A stretch of 64,000 nt of DNA from Lama guanicoe (GCA_013239625.1 MU054187.1:8823231-8887230); one strand, 5' to 3'. Shown: positions 1-13,570, counted from the stretch's first letter. Made by a program: numbers and translations. Notes: generated by a model from the sequence alone, not told the origin.

Positions 1-188
1 CTGCAGGTTTCTCAAAGTGCTGTGAGGACAGACAACGGCAGATCTAACTGGGATGTCACAGGCAGTTGACACCGTATCTCCTTATCTCTCTTGTCAGTTA
101 CAGTTGCTTCCAAAGGGCATTATTGGCAGGACCATGAGCCTCTGAAAAGAGCCAAAGGGAAAATACTATCTTCTTTCCAGGAACTCAC

Positions 189-224
189 CTACCAGAGGTT
201 CCATGTACAGGGAATGGTTCTCGT
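189..224 (-). other. Candidate 36-nt exon (unverified)
   Basis: Minus strand reads ...attttcttag|ACGAGAACC...CTGGTAG|gtgagt. The donor is strong, the acceptor modest, and the length is a multiple of 3. Confidence 0.2.
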
Positions 225-491
225 CTAAGAAAATCTAGCCAAGAACTCAAGTCACTCAAGGAGACTTGTGGTTTTCTCACTTTTATTGAATACGTGCTTA
301 TCTTGTTTTTTAAAATATTCTTTTTTTCACTTATCAAATACTTAAATAGTATACCACATGCCTTTGCCCACCCTGGGGCCCTTCCTCTGATGTCTGTGTG
401 CCTCCTTCATCTACCTGATGCCACCTCATGCAGCAAGTCTCCCTGATTTCCCCTAAGCCAGCTATGTCTTCTGATCTCCCATGGTACTTAC

Positions 492-553
492 CTGTACTTC
501 TCATGTGGCCTGCCAGTTCCTATGGTGTATCATCTTTATGTATATCCCAACTT
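492..553 (-). other. Candidate 62-nt non-coding or poison exon (unverified)
   Basis: Minus strand has a long pyrimidine tract tttcctctcctccctctctctttctcag| and a consensus donor CAG|gtaagt. All three frames contain stops. Confidence 0.35.
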
Positions 554-1626
554 CTGAGAAAGAGAGAGGGAGGAGAGGAAACTGGGAGGGGAAGAAAGTC
601 ACTGAGACTTGATGGCCTGGAAGACAGCCAGTCAAAGCCCTGATGCTGACTAGTATCCCCTAGGTAGTAGTCAATATAACATGAGCAGGACAGGGAACAC
701 AGCGGACATTTAAGATGTTGTCACTGTCTCCAGCAGGCTTCTCGAGAGAGAGGGAAAAATTAGTATTGTAATATTTTTAGACATGATTCATTTAAAAAGT
801 GTAAAAATGCTGAGATAATTGAGCCACCTCTAAAATGGAAAGTCAGTGCACATACCTGATTCATAGGAGGTTTGAAATGGTTAAATATACATTATGTATA
901 TGGTCCAACTTAGTATTTTTAAATTGGATAATATTGACTTTAAAGCATTTTCCTCCTAGTTTTCAAAATAGTCAGTGCTGAAATAGCATCCTTCAAATGT
1001 GTCCCCTGACTGTCATAACAAGCTTGTCCTAGATACAAGAAAACTAATTACAGAGTCTGTTTTTCTCCCTTTTCTATAAATGCATTCTAAGCAAAGGGTT
1101 ATGATCTTAATTAAATAAATATTAATATATTCCTTGAAAAAATTGTTTTTCATAAGATTTTTATTCTCTTTGCACTACCTCTACAGTAGCCAGAGTAAGA
1201 AAAAATTCAATAGCGTCCAAAATATGAATTTGCAATGACATTAGGATTTCTCGAAAGAAGTCATTACACGCCAGCATGTTGAAGGAATATATTCTACCCA
1301 AGAACTTGACTGAGTCTTCTCGTGAAAAAGATATGCACTTCAGTGGTAAACTGATCTTTTGACCTGCTAAATTACAGTCATTTCTTTTCTAAATCCTGAG
1401 ATTAACCAACCTTTAAGAAAAGTGCAAAAGATTAATTAGAATCACAGAACCAACCCCATTATAATTTTGAGCCAGCTAGGAAGTATACTTGGGGTTCTAA
1501 ATCTGAATATTCTGTCACTAGATTTGCTTGTCACTGTAGAGGTTAAATTACATAAAAGAAATCACTTTACAATCTCTTTTCTAAGATCCTCACCATATTT
1601 TGACAACTAGTGGAAATTATATAAGG

Positions 1627-1890
1627 CAGTCTATGGTCCAGCAGTTAAAAGCATGGATTCTGGAGTCACATCGACATGAGTTCAAACCCTAGCCTTCCTG
1701 CTCACTGGTTGTGTGACCTTGAGAGAGTTAATCTTTCCAAGGCTCAGTTTCTTACCTATAAAATAGATGTAATAATTTAACTATATTATAATAATGTTGT
1801 AAAGATTAAGTGAAGACACGTAGACTACTTAATACAGTGGCTGGCACATAGTAAGTGGTTAGTAAGTGGTGGCTATTTTTATATTATCAT
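1627..1890 (+). mobile_element. MIR SINE, near full length
   Basis: Core tgtgtgaccttga...ctcagtttcttacctataaaatag and tail acagtggctggcacatagtaagtg match MIR. Confidence 0.85.
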
Positions 1891-2239
1891 TATTTCTTAC
1901 AGTATATACAATATACTTTATACCACTCTTTGTTATGCCCAGTGTCATCCATTGTCCCTGATCTAGGCTATCTTTCTTTATCCACCTCTTCCCCAACCTA
2001 TCTCCTCCCAACTTTGTGAAATACTCAAGCCAATAAAAGATCCATGCGGATGAAGGCCAGGTGAGGTTACTGTAGTGATGACCAAAGCGAAGAGTAGATC
2101 AAAAGATGACCTCGGTGGAGTCCCGCGGGAAAGTAAAAATATACATTATGTCATCAATCCTTTTATCCATTCACAAAACTGGAGTACTATACACATGCCC
2201 TCAAAAGGCTTCTGAGAAATTTAAACTTAGAGAATTAAG

Positions 2240-2600
2240 TCATCCGATAAACATGTGTTAAGAGCTTACTGTGTGAATAAGATGCCCTCATGGAGCATGT
2301 ATTCCAGCTGGAGACACAAATTTTAAACAACGAATTATTTCCTAACAATTGTAATTAAATATTATGCAGAAGAAGAAAGGCGCGCAAAAAAAGAGCACTA
2401 AAGGAGAAAATGACCTTTCAAATCTCAAACCATGAAGGTCGGAGAAGGCTTCTTTGAGGAAGTGGTACTCAGGGAGTCAATAACTCGGGTAGAGGGAAAG
2501 AGTTTCAGCAGGGGAAACAGCATTTATCCAGTACATGAAGCTAGGAAGGGGGTGATGCATTTGAAAACTGAAAGAAAGCCTGTCCAGAGCAAAAGGAGGC
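2240..2600 (-). mobile_element. L2 LINE 3' fragment
   Basis: gccctcatggagc, gaaggcttctttgaggaagtgg and agcaggggaaacagc resemble the reverse L2 3' region. Confidence 0.7.
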
Positions 2601-2849
2601 ACACTTACTTGCCGTCAGAAAAGATTCAGGCTCCCCATCTCAGAATTCCTCTCCTTTAAGACAACACACCACCTAAGCAGGTGTTAGATGGCCCTCTTCA
2701 AGTGCCCCTCGGGGAACTGGGGCTTGGAATGTGGAGAGAGAGAGAGAAATTAAGAGGAAGTTTAACAAAACATTGTAATTAAAAGCCAGCCTGCATGGTT
2801 CACAATTCCAGCTTTGCCACTTATTAAAGATGTGCCATTTTCTTTCGGA

Positions 2850-3890
2850 GAACAGAATAAAAGAAAAACACTTACCAACTTATTTTATGGGAACAGAGTA
2901 AGCTTGACACAAAACCTGACAAGGACATTATAAGAAAGAAAAATTATAGATCAATATCTCTCATGAACGTATATGAAAAAATCCTGATGAAAATACTAGT
3001 AAATGGAATCCAGATATGTAAAACAAGATAATTCATAAAGATCAAGTTGGATGTATTCTGGGAATACAAAGTTGGCTTAACATTTTTTTAAACCAATCAT
3101 AATTCAACATGCTAACAAAATAAAGGGAAGGAATCATATAATCATTCAAATAGATGCAGAAAGAACATTGATAAAATGCAATTTCTATTCATGTTAAAAG
3201 CTATAGCAAACTAGGAACAGAACTTGAGAACTTCCTTGAGACGACACAGGATACCTTAAAAAAATCTACAACAAAAAATTACAATTAATGCTGAAATGTT
3301 GAAAGGTTTTCCTCTGAGACTGGAAACGAAACAAAGACGTCTGTCTTCACCATTAATCAAGATAAAGGTGGAGATTCTAACCACTGCGATAAAGGCAAGA
3401 AAAAATAATTCAAAGATACAAGATTTAGACAGGAAGATGCAGATGGAATGAGCTACATGTAAGAATTGCAAAACAAGCCATGATGAACTATCACTACCAA
3501 CTGTAATAATTTATCGGAGATTCTTTTGCCATCTCCTCTTGCTGGACATAGTCAATGTAAGAAATAAGTTTTATTTCCACATAGTAGAAGCAGGTGATTA
3601 GAAAATAAAACAAAAGATATATAATGTCATCAAAAAATCAACATCGCAGAGAAAATCTAAGTAATCATATTTAATAAAACTACACAGAAGACTTTAAAGC
3701 ACCATCGGGAAAAATTGAAGATCTAAATATGTGGAATGATACACCGAGCTCATGCTGTGAAAGACTCAATAATGTACAGAAGCCAAGTCACCCAAATTGA
3801 TTTATAGATTTTAATTTAATTGAAATTCTAATTAAAAACCCAATTATGTTTTTGATGAAAATTGACAAGCTTATTCTAGAATTGAAATGA
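2850..3890 (+). mobile_element. Old L1 ORF2 fragment (RT region), degenerate
   Basis: aaacctgacaaggacattataagaaagaaaaattatagatcaatatctctcatgaac encodes KPDKDIIRKKNYRSISLMN, an L1 RT motif. Many stops and frameshifts. Confidence 0.9.
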
Positions 3891-4560
3891 AAGGATTTCT
3901 TCTTCTACAAACATGGAGTAAATGTATTTTTTCCTATTTCTTCAGTTAAGAACCAAAAACCTCGGACATCTTATATAAAACAAACATAAGAAGACTCTGA
4001 AAGGAGAGCCCAGGACCTAAGTTAACAGCATAACAGTAAGTTCCCTGGGTTTTCTTTTGCCTCATGTATGTGCAGAACTGAGTACAAGAGAAATCAGCAA
4101 CTCAGAAATGGCAATGGATACAGACAAAAAAGCTCCAACTAAAGACCTTTTCTGGCCTAAAGATAAGGAAAGCCCCAGCCAAGCAAGGCAGAAAATTATT
4201 ATATAGTAACTGTTCTACTACAGCCAAGCATCAGATATAAAAACTGTAGCCTCATTTCTTCTTCTACCAGCAAAGGCCAAGTGGAGCGCCTAGACTTCCC
4301 CCATTACCAGGCTGCCACAAGATGCCCCAGCATCCCTTCTGAGGTGGTGCCAAAAAAAAGTCAGATGGGAAACTGGAACTTTGATTCCTGCTGGTCCCTC
4401 TCCAACAGTGGGGACTGCAGAGGAAGCCTGGATGTTCATCCCCACCTAGCAGTAACAGGTGAGCCACGCTCGCATCCCCTACCCCAGGAAAACACAGCTG
4501 CCCTACATATGCACACGTCAGACCACACAGCTACCTTAAGCAAACTGATGTAACTGAAAG

Positions 4561-5209
4561 TGTGAGAGCAGGCAGATAGCGAGGTATGAGCGGAGAAAGG
4601 GGGACACAGACCAAATGGCAGGAATTGGGCAGAAAGGAGGGGCACAGGCCAAATGCAGGAAACCACACATCATGTAAGCAGCAGGAATCCTTGGGCAGAG
4701 AAAGAAAAGCAGGAACCTTGGGGTTGATAAGGGATCTTGCCTTTTGGGATGACAAGTGGCCTGGAGAAGAATAAAGAAAGGTGAGAAAAGGCAGGAATTT
4801 CTAGTGTCCGAATGTAACCTTTTGCTCATTATGCCCTCATTTCAATAAAACTAACCTTGCAGATTAGAAGTCCCCATCATGCGCGAACGCCATGACATTT
4901 CTGATCCAGACTAAATAAGGACAAAAATCCCTCCTCCCTTTGGGAAGGTGGAGTTGGGAAGATAATCAGGGAATACGACCCCAAATCCTTCCCTCCCCAA
5001 TGAACATTCCATCCATTCATTTTTCCACCCTCTGTAGCTAACTTGCCAAAGAAACGCTCACCTGAGCCTGCCCGCTCTCCCCTGAGAGTGTACTATCCAT
5101 TCTTCAATAAATTCTCACTTTACCTTTTTTTTAACCTCTAAGTCTTGTCTCTGAATTTTTTCTGGGACGGGACAAGAACCTGGAACACTGGTTGCATCTA
5201 TCGGCAACA
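4561..5209 (+). mobile_element. Solo LTR, ERV1-type (649 bp)
   Basis: Termini TGT...ACA, perfect 4-bp TSD AAAG (4557-4560 and 5210-5213), AATAAA near 5106. Removing it restores L1 ORF2 sequence. Confidence 0.9.
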
Positions 5210-6320
5210 AAAGGAGAAACAGACAACCCCACAATTACAGTTGGAGGCCATAATTCAACACCTCTCTCTCAGCAATTGATACAACTGAAGAAGACAGAAA
5301 ATCAGCAAGGATCTAGGAGAATTCAACACCACCATCAGCAACAGAGTCAAATTGGTATTTATAGAATGCTCAGATCAACAACAATAGAATATGTATTCAT
5401 TTCAAGTTCCCACAGAACATATAACAAGATAAACCATATCCTGAACCATAAAACAAAACTCCCTAAAAAAAATTTAAATCATTATCTCACCATAATGGAA
5501 TCAAACTAGAAATCAATAATAGAAAGATGACAGGAAAATCTTCAAAAGCTTGGAAATTAAACAACACACTTGTAAATAATCCATGGGTCCAAAGAAGAAA
5601 TCTCCAGGGAAATTTTTTTAAAATGCATTACACAGAATGAAAATGAAAATATAGCATATCAAAGTTTGCTAAATTTTGATGGCATGTAACTAAAACAGTG
5701 CTGAGAGGTAAATTTATAACACTAAGTGCATACGCTAAAAAATAGAGTGCCTCAAATCAATACTCTATACCCCCAACTCATTAAGTTAGAAAAAGTAGGT
5801 AAAAGTAAACCCAGAGTAAGCAGAGTAGAGAAATAAAGATAAGAGCAAGTATCAGTGAAATTGAAAATAGAAAAGCAACAGAGAAAATGGATGAAACAAA
5901 CAGCTGGGCCTTTGCAAAAATCAGCAAACCGGCAAATCTTTAGCAAGAATGACAAAAAAAAAGAAATAAAAATACTAACATCAGGAATAAAACAGAGTAT
6001 GTCATACAGACCCTACACACAATAAATGGATAATAAAGGAGCAATATTAGCAAATCTACACATATAAATTTGACAGCTTAGATGAAATGGACCAATTCCC
6101 TGAAATGCAAAAACTACCACAACTCACCCAATACGAAGCTGATTATTTGAACAGCCTTATAACTGTTAAGGAAATTGACTTTATAATTTTAAAACTCCCC
6201 CAAAAAACAAATCTCTAGATCCACATGGTTTCACTAGAGAATTCCACAAAACATTTAAAGAATTACAACTAATTCTACAAAATCTCTTCCCCCCCAAAAT
6301 GGAAAAAGAGTAAATACTTC

Positions 6321-6725
6321 TGTATTGGCATTCTCAACAAAAACAGAACGAATAGGAAATACACAGAGAGATACTTTAAGGAACTGGTCCCTGCAGTTGT
6401 AGGGCTGGCAAGTTAAAATCTGCAGGGCAGGCAGACAGGCTGGAGACCCAAGGAAGAGCTGACTTGCAGTTTTGAGTCCTAAGGCAGTTTTGAAGTGGGA
6501 ATTCTCTCTCCCTCCAAGAACTTCAGTCTCTCTTCTTAAGGCCTTTAACTGATTAGATAAAACCCACCCACATTATGGAGATTAAACTATCTACTCAAAG
6601 TCTAATGATTTAAATGTTAATCATCTTTAAAAATACCTCCATAGTAATATCTAGACTGGTGTTTGACCAAACAATTGGGTACCACATCCTAGCCAAGATG
6701 ACCCTTTAAAAAGTTAAGCATCACA
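6321..6725 (-). mobile_element. MLT2-family (ERVL) solo LTR
   Basis: Ends tgtattgg... and ...tttgaccaaacaattgggtaccacatcctagccaagatgac...catcaca are characteristic of reverse MLT2. Flanks acttc/acttt form an approximate 5-bp TSD. Confidence 0.88.
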
Positions 6726-7419
6726 ACTTTATTTTATGAAGCAAGCATAACCCTGATATCCAAACCAAATGAAAATAGTACAAAAGTGTAAATGTACAAA
6801 TATCCTTCACACAGATGTGAAAATCCTTTTTAAAAATATCAACAAGGAGAATTCAGCACTATATAAAAATATTATACACTGTGACCAAATGCTGTTTATT
6901 CCAAGGACACAAAACTGATTCACTATTTGAAAAGTAATCATTGAAATTCATCGTATAATAGGCTAAAGAAGAAAATCTTCATGATTATACCAATTAATGA
7001 AGTAAAAGCATTTGACAACATTAAACTCTAATTTATGATTAAAAACTCACAGAAAAACATAGACACAGAAAATGTTCTCACACTGAAAAAGAACATCTAC
7101 AAAACACCTACAGTCAACAATATCCATGGTGATGAATGATACATTTCTCCTAAGACTGGGAATAAGGCAAGTGTGTCTGCTTTCTAGCCTCTTACTCAAC
7201 ACTGTCCTAGAATGCTAGCCAGTGCAATGAAGCAAGAAAAGAAAAGACTTACAGAGTGAAAAGGAGGAAATAAAGCTGCCCCTAATTGCACATGAGGTGA
7301 TTGTCTAGGTAGAAAGGCATAAGAATTCTACAAAAAACTCCTAAAACTAGTAAGCAAATTCAGCCAAGTCCAGAGGATACAAGAGCAACATCCAAAAAAT
7401 GAAAAAATTTAAAAAAGAT

Positions 7420-9590
7420 TATTTCAGCATATTAACTTCAACAGCAGACCTGCACTACAGGAAACTCTGAAAAAGCAAGCCAGCAAACAAACACATAAAT
7501 AAATAAATCTCCAAGTTCAAGGGAATGATACCAGATGGAAACTTGGATCTATATGAAGGCATGAAATGTACTACATATGGTAAATATACGGGTAAATATA
7601 AAGATCTACATTTTAAAAAAATTTTTTAAAGGACAACACACTGTTTAAAACAAAATAATAACATAATAACATGGGGGCTTACAACATACATAAAGCAAAA
7701 CATACAGCAACAACAGCACAAAAAATGAAAGAGGCACAAATGGATTTCTGTAACATTGAAGGTTCTCACATTTTATGTGAGGAGATTCACTCTTAATTCT
7801 AAGTAGACCACAGTAAGTTAAGAATACAGATTTTAATTCCTAGAGCCCATCACCAATAAATAAATAAACTAAAAAGGCAATAGAAAATATAAAAATAAAA
7901 TTGAATACAAAAAAATTGATTAAACAAAAGCAAAGGAGGAAAAGAGGAACTAAAACTAGATGGGACAAATGGAAAACAAATAGCAAGATTTAGTTTATAT
8001 TAAATCATAGCATTAAGTACATTCAATGTAAATGGATTAAATTCTCCAATTAAGAGGAAAAGACTCAGAATGATTGGAAAACAAGACCTAACTGTGTGCT
8101 GTATACAGCCCATACATTTTAAATATAAAGATACAAATCAGTTGAGAGGTTTTAAAAAAACAAAAAGTAACATGCAAACAATAAGCTGATATGTCTAGAC
8201 TAATAACAAAGTTAACTTCAAGACAGTAAGTATTTTCAGGCACAAAGTAGAGACATTTAATAAAGGAAAAAGGTTCACAGTTCATCAGAAAAATTTTACA
8301 ATCTTAAGTGTACATGTACCTAAAAATATATAGAGCAAATACTTATAAAACTAAAAGGAGAAAGAGACAAATCCACAATCATGACTAAATATTTTACCAT
8401 TCCTCTCTTGGTAATTGATGGACCAAAGGGATAAAGAAATTAGTAAGAATACAAAAGATCTGAACAGTATTATCAGCAACTTGTCCTAAAATCTAGCAAT
8501 ATCCAAGAAGTTTAGAACTTACATTCTTTTTAAATGCACATAGAATTTTATTCATCAAATAGACTATCCACTGAGTGGTAAAATAAGTCTCAATAAATTT
8601 CAAAAGGCTGAATATTAAAGTATGCTCTCAGAATAAGAAAAATTAAATTAAAAATAACAACAAAAGGGCATCTTTTAAAAAATTCCCAAACATTGGAAAT
8701 CAAATAATAATAGTTCTAAATAACCCATGATCCAAAGAAAAATGCAAAGGAAAATTACAAAATACTTCTAATTGAAAGATAATGAAAACATAACATATCA
8801 AAAGTTGCAGGATACAACAAAAGCAGTGCTTAAATGGAAATTTATCATTTTAAATGCCTTTATTAGGGAAAACTGTCACTGAGAAAAAATTATAATAAAA
8901 GCCAATTAAATTGAAAGATACACTAGCTCATGATTTGGAACAGTTAATATATTAAAATATCTTTCTTCCCCTATTTGATCTAAAGATTCAATGCAATCTA
9001 AATAAAATCTGAGCCTTTTTTTAAAACTGGCAAGCTGACTTCAAAATTTATATGGAAATGCAAATTACAAAGAGTCGTCAAAACAACTTGGAAAAATAAA
9101 ACCACTGTCGAATAACTTAAACTATCTGATTTCAATACTTACTATAAAACTATTGAATCAAGACAATGTGGTATTGGTGTAAATAGAAAAAAATATAACA
9201 GAACAGGATAAAATCCCCAAATAGACCCCACACATACACAGTAAATTGATTTTGACAAAGGCACCATGACATGATTAGTTTTTTTGGTTGTTTTTTTTCC
9301 AACAAATTATGTTGGAGCTGTATATCTAGGTGAGAAAAAAATTCATCTCAATTCCTATGTCACACCAACACACAAACTGATTCAAAATGAATGCTAGACC
9401 TACACATAAAAAATTAAAACACTAACACGTACAGAAGAAAACAAAAGAATATCTTTTTGACCTGGAGGTAAGGAGAGATTTCTTAGGACACAAACACATT
9501 AACCATAGAAGAAAAAAAAAATGGTTAATTGGACTTCATCAAAATTAAAACTTCTACTCATCAAAAAACATGATAAAGAAAAGAAAAAGG
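7420..9590 (+). mobile_element. Old L1: ORF1 end, inter-ORF, ORF2 EN, internal deletion near 8870, ORF2 C-terminal part
   Basis: cagcagacctgcactacaggaa (ORF1 end), aatgtaaatggattaaattctccaattaag (NVNGLNSPIK, EN start), cttactataaaactattgaatcaagacaatgtggtattgg (post-RT). Confidence 0.85.
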
Positions 9591-9599
9591 CTCCAAAGG

Positions 9600-9796
9600 C
9601 TGTTAGAAGCTCCCAGAGAATTGCCCACCATCGTCTGAGCAGTGGCTACTCACAGCACCTTCCTGTATTGGCTTTCGCTTCCCCTCACCCCCGCCCCTCC
9701 CGTTCCTCACTCGGGCTCCCTGGGGTCGAATCCCAAAAGACCCACACACAGCCTTCCATCTCAGGCTCTGCTTCCCATGGATCCCAGGCTAAGACA
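9600..9796 (+). mobile_element. LTR16-like ERVL LTR 3' fragment
   Basis: Terminal ...tctcaggctctgcttcccatggatcccaggctaagaca resembles LTR16/LTR33 ends. Confidence 0.6.
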
Positions 9797-10097
9797 AGGT
9801 TCTAGTTCAGAAATTACAGGTAAAGTCTCCTTGGCGAGGAAGAAAAGGAAACTAACCCTTCCGGAGCACTCAGTATAGCCAGGAGCCCCACAATGGCTGT
9901 TGTATTTGAGACTCACCACAACTATGAATAGGGAAACTGAGCTCCAAGTTATTCAAAGTGACGCAACTTTGCCAGGGCTACTAAATACAAGTTTCTCTAG
10001 CTTCAGTTTATGTTCTTTCTTTTTCTCCAGGCTGCTTCCAGTAATCCCCACCTCTGACTGTGGTTTTAGGTGTATCTTTGGAAGTGAATTGTCATGA

Positions 10098-10265
10098 TAA
10101 ATAATAACAGTAGCACCCATGCATTGAGTGCCTATCTGTGCCAGACAATTGGCTGAGCACTTACAATTAATCCTCACTGTAACTCTATAAGCCATTACTC
10201 TCTCCATTTTATTCAACCAAAAATGAAGGCTTGCTGGGGTTAACTTTCCCAAGGTCCCCTGCTCA
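10098..10265 (-). mobile_element. MIR SINE fragment
   Basis: cattgagtgcctatctgtgccagac...aatcctcac...cccaaggtc is reverse MIR. Confidence 0.75.
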
Positions 10266-10607
10266 CAAAATAATAATGGCCAATATTTGTGTTTACTACC
10301 TGCCTCTAACATCTGTAATTTCATTTAATCCTCCCGTCCACTCATGAAATAGGTTCTTCATGGTCATCACATTAGAGTCAGCCACTCCAAAGCCCATGGG
10401 TACCCTTTCCTCTCCCATGCTGCCTCCTGCGACAGGGCAGGGGGGAGGAGGAGCAATGCATAACCAAAAAAAAAAAAGTAGTCGACCACGATCACCTTCT
10501 GTATCAGCTGTGTTGACAGAAGACTTGGACAAAGTGTTGTGAACAGAACAATAGTCTTACCAATCAGCGCCTGCTAAAAATATCTCTGAGCTGTGGCTAT
10601 TTCAAGG

Positions 10608-10802
10608 AAGGGTTTCTTAACTTCAGCACCACTGATGTTTTGAGCTGGGTAATTCTTTGTGGTGGGAGACCATCCTATGTACCACTGGATGTCCAGCTGT
10701 ATCCCTGGCCTGTGACCACCAGACGCCAACAGCACTTGACTCTCAACACAACCAAAACTGTCTTCATATTTTGCCAAAATCGTGCCTAGTGTAGAACCAC
10801 TG
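10608..10802 (-). mobile_element. MER20 hAT-Charlie MITE
   Basis: agggtttcttaac...tatccctggcc...agaaccactg is the reverse of MER20, with hAT terminal inverted repeats. Confidence 0.85.
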
Positions 10803-13369
10803 GTTTATGATATTTTCACCAAATCCTTTTAATTCTGAAGCTGAACAAAGCATATCAGGACAATGGTTCTTAGGAGAATTCCACTTTTGGGGGAATTCAC
10901 TTGTGGATATATGAGCAGACTCCCATCTTCTCCTCGCCTCCCCTGCTCCTACTCTCTCCCTTCCACTGTTTTGTCCCCAGCTCCCAGGGATGCCATCCAC
11001 CCAGAACAAGGAAGAGACCTTGTTCCTGGGCTGTGAAGGTCTTCCTATTTCTCATCAGATATCTCTCCTTTGATTCAAGTTTTTGGTCTATCCCTGATTA
11101 GCACACTGTCATCACCAGACTAAGAACAAAACCTGTGTCATTGGCTCTGTTCTAAATAACAAGCACACCATGTTAAGAACATTGTTTCTATATTTACAAA
11201 TCTAAGACATGATTGAAAGCGTCACACTCTCAGTGTAGGAACAGTATTCCCATAATCAAACATCCAAAGCAAATTGTATGGTTATTTGTATTATCCAGGA
11301 TTTCAAGGCTCTGTGTCAGGGCAGGGAAGCTAAGTATAAATATGCCAACTTTTTCAGTAACCTCCTTTCTCCTTCCTACACAAACAGAACTATTATTTAC
11401 ATTATTTTGCTCAAAATTTTGACATGAATTCACCTAAATGTTCTAAATTTATGAATTACAAATAAATGTTACTGAGCCATAACTATCAGTACAAGTTATG
11501 ACCAGCCTAAAAAAGATCCTAGAAGCCTTTTAAATATTTTCCTAAACTATCAGTTTTTCTGGCAAAAATCATGAAACAGTACAATATCTGTGTGTATGTG
11601 TATGTGTTTGTGTATGTGAGATGTATAAGGTGGCAAATAAAACGAGTGTGTACTCTCTCAATAATTTGGCCAAATAAAATGTCCTTCTACAAAGCTGTTC
11701 TGTAAATAGCTCCTTTCAAGTTCTACGATATTCCTGTCATGCCTTTTAAATAAATCTCTACAGGTGTAGTTAAAACAGTACATGTAAAGACATCAAAATG
11801 AGTCCAATAATGAAATTTATCCACATAAGAAATATTTTACATTTATATAGAGAGGCATAGTTTTCCATTTCTAGAGCTAATCTTTCTTAAGCCAATCACT
11901 CTAAGATATGTACTTGAAGTATTGGGAGCCACAGAGCAGACATCTGGGCCCTCCGTAATAGAACAGGTTTTATTAGAGGCACAACTCAGTGAAAAGAGAG
12001 AAAAAACGTACTTTCAATTTGCAGAATCTTTGTATATGTATGATTTAGTCTAAGCATTCAAAAGAAGAGACAATTGCTTAAGGTAAAGAACTGTGACTTA
12101 ATAGAAGTTAAAAAGGAATTGGTGTTAAAGTTAATTAAACTTTCGATCTTCATTCTTTTGTTCCAACCCCACTTCAAAACTTGGTGCTAAAGTAGAAGTA
12201 AAAATGCTTTCCATTGCATTGGGGACTCTATCTATGAATGTAGCAATGTATGTAGACCAAGATACATCAAATAAATAAATGCCTCTATAAATTTTCATTT
12301 TAAGTGAAATGAAAATTTAAATTTTCCTTTAAATTTAAATTTAAATGGAAATTTGTATCTTGCAGAGTTGTGGTGAGAAACAAGATTGCATAAGTAAAAG
12401 TACTATAAATCTTGATATGCTATATAAAATGTGGCTTTTGTGTAATTTTCACACAAATTCCCCAGACATCAGCACAGTGAAATATTTCCAATGGTAAATA
12501 CCACCTCCCTGCTGACCCCCTCCTTGCCTTCTCCACTAAAATCTAGGATAAGTACCTTACCATTAAGTTATGTTATACTAAGAAGTTAAAAAACAGAAAT
12601 TAAACCCCTTCACATCAGTGAGCAGATAATAAGTAAACACTAATTCCTCAGTTATAAACCTCAATTATAAAATCCTTCTGACTCACCTGCATTGGCATTT
12701 TGTTCTATCTCCTGAGTTAGATGTTGCAGCTTTGGCGTGACCTTGGGCATGCACCCAGCTCTTCAGCCTTCCTTGGATTCCTGTGCAGCTGCTCAGCCTT
12801 GAAAGCAGAAGGAGGCCTCCTCTTCTGGGTCCCCCGGAGCCCATCTCTGCTCTATTCTCTGATTACGTGGTCTACCATCACTAAACTTTCTACTCCCTGG
12901 GAAGTGCACACTGGTGATGTCAGATGCAGCCTCGCCCACTCTACAGCTGAGGGCATGATTTTAATACACCCAGAAACTCTTCTGATGCTGTCAATGCCAG
13001 GGAGAAAGGTTCTATAACTCCTTCTTCTTACTGTTTTCTTCTTTGCCTAAAAGTTTGTTACTCTTCTCTATCAGATCCTCCAAAGGTCACTCTGCCATTG
13101 CCCCCACATAACCTTTTATCCCTTCCTATATTATAACTCAATGTTACAAAATTCCAAAAAGTGTTGTTAATGCTTGACTTTTATTTGTAAGGGTTTGACA
13201 CAACTCGGAACATGAAGCAAATGTTAGTCCTTGGGCTGAGCCTGCTTACTTTCTGCTCAGTGTTGGATTTAAACATTAGAAGCCAGTCTTACCTACAAAC
13301 AGAAGTGCTCTCACCCTGAAGAGCACCCAGAGGACAAGATTAGAACAGTCAGCAGGTAACATGAGTAGT

Positions 13370-13570
13370 AATCATAACTAAAATTTCAGCACTTACTCTG
13401 AACCAGGCATGTGCTAAGTGCTTTACATACATAATGCATTTGATCCTCACAACTCACTGAAGTGGAGTTTGAAATACCAGCCCAGGTTAAGCAGGGAGTA
13501 AAAGAGCCAAGGATGGAAGGCAGGCTGTCTGGATCGGAAGTCCTTGCTCTTAACCAGGCACTGTGCTGCC
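13370..13570 (-). mobile_element. MIR SINE
   Basis: gcacttactctgaaccaggcatgtgctaagtgctttac...tcctcacaac...gctcttaacca. Confidence 0.8.

Larger units (their letters stand above)
3895..7400 (+). mobile_element. Old L1 (L1M-type): 5' region joined to ORF2 endonuclease through RT, interrupted by two LTRs
   Basis: L1M 5'-end-like sequence at about 3895-4500. ORF2 EN follows (gaaaggagaaacagacaaccccacaattacagttggag once the LTR is removed), then the Z domain gatgaaatggaccaattcc and RT motifs to about 7400. Confidence 0.8.

Noticed and set aside
12312..12353. AT-only palindromes (aaaatttaaatttt, tttaaatttaaatttaaa)
   Set aside because: Low-complexity sequence, expected in AT-rich DNA.
12687..12797. 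Minus-strand unit with a CAG|gtgagt donor
   Set aside because: AAG acceptor, overlap with MIR-like sequence, and no recognisable peptide.
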